In this document: positions 42,291-43,082 of the stretch, piece by piece | Position numbering within the stretch: position 1 is the stretch's first letter | Layout: each line of letters opens with the position of its first letter | Source of the DNA: a virus | Taxonomy: Duplodnaviria > Heunggongvirae > Uroviricota > Caudoviricetes | IMG/VR virus record: IMGVR_UViG_3300031420_000496 | Location: 69,472-112,553 of that record | DNA length: 43,082 nucleotides | Reading direction: 5' to 3' (one strand) | Notes under the pieces: model-generated | What the model was told of the DNA's origin: nothing | Database searches by the model: none | Seen by the model: only the letters and a program-made list of their open reading frames with translations | Program-made: the position numbers and the translations under genes

Positions 42291-43082
42291 TCACTTTAGA
42301 TTAAAAGCCTTCACGAATGCTTTGATATTCTCATTTTCCTCGGCAGACGCGTCATCCTGAATCTGTTTCAATACGCCAGGATTTCCTTTGTTCAGACGTG
42401 AAAACCATACTTTGAATTCAGCAATTGCCTTAACTGAGACTTCATCAATCTGTCCAGATGCAATGGCATGTCCTGTTGAATCCATGATTTGACGCAGGCG
42501 TTCCGTTGCTCGTTTGTAATCTTCACCGTGAATATTGGCTTTGAATAGATTAAGAATTGTCGGCCCGATCAGAGCTTCCAAACTACCTGGCTTGCTAACA
42601 GCATAGTAACCCGGTGGCGGCTGAGTTTTCGCAGTCTTCGCAGCGTCGAACAACTTGCCAACTTTCTTCAGATATTCTTGACGATCAGCATCAGGGTCGC
42701 AAGCGAGTTCGAGGACGGTCAGAAAACGGCCAACGTCCGATTCAATCTGCTTGTACTTCTTGTGGTAATTGTCGTTACCACCAGTACGAAACTCCAGGTA
42801 GCCCTGGCTGAGTTTGCTAAGGTTGACGGTGCGATACTTTGCGCTCTGCAACATCTCACTGGCAAGATCGATAAGCTGCTTCGCGTCTTTTGGTGGGCGA
42901 CCAGATTTCTGAATGCCGCTGATCAAATCGTTGTAGTGTTTAGTTGCAAACGTATTGGCTTCACGAGCATAGCTCTTCAGCACGTGTGCTTCGCCCATGA
43001 ACAGGATCAGCTTGAGTGGATCGAGTTTTTGTTTGAGACCTGGGATCGAGAGGTTAATGTGAATGCCGGTGCTGGAGTTTGT
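42291..43082 (-). CDS. putative amidoligase (COOH-NH2 ligase type 2), N-terminus outside the window
   Basis: frame open to the window edge: TNSSTGIHINLS, KYRTVNL, GYLEFR. Confidence 0.72.
   Translation of the reverse strand, partial: TNSSTGIHINLSIPGLKQKLDPLKLILFMGEAHVLKSYAREANTFATKHYNDLISGIQKSGRPPKDAKQLIDLASEMLQSAKYRTVNLSKLSQGYLEFRTGGNDNYHKKYKQIESDVGRFLTVLELACDPDADRQEYLKKVGKLFDAAKTAKTQPPPGYYAVSKPGSLEALIGPTILNLFKANIHGEDYKRATERLRQIMDSTGHAIASGQIDEVSVKAIAEFKVWFSRLNKGNPGVLKQIQDDASAEENENIKAFVKAFNLK

Noticed and set aside
1-43082. Stop-codon reassignment
   Set aside because: Core genes are full length in the standard code, and both TAA and TGA act as stops with overlap coupling.

Overview
This window is part of a large lytic myophage genome of the T4 superfamily (jumbo-phage-like), almost entirely on the minus strand. 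It contains nucleotide-metabolism genes (nrdA, nrdB, glutaredoxin), recombination genes (UvsW, UvsY, UvsX, gp32-like SSB), a GH108 lysozyme, a free-standing GIY-YIG endonuclease, the large terminase and a probable small terminase, a gp4-like head-completion nuclease, tail tube and tail sheath genes, and clusters of small early genes. Four things stand out. (1) A translationally coupled array at 28406-34190 whose proteins begin with a peptide like the T4 capsid-targeting sequence (MITFKQFLAE-type); six of them are paralogues with an R...S...E pattern suggesting ADP-ribosyltransferase-fold cargo, and one is a zeta-toxin-like kinase. (2) An intact isocitrate lyase (aceA) in a phage context. (3) A repeated promoter-RBS cassette (T[G/T]TGCA-N17-TATAAT-GAAYCCATC...CGGAG), two copies of which form 40-bp direct repeats around an AT-rich insert. 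(4) A late promoter CATAAATA, a variant of the T4 TATAAATA. I saw no tRNA, rRNA, CRISPR array, intron or intein. All functional calls come from motif recognition by eye; no database search was run. Several starts are moved downstream of the ORF-track start to the Met with a ribosome-binding site.
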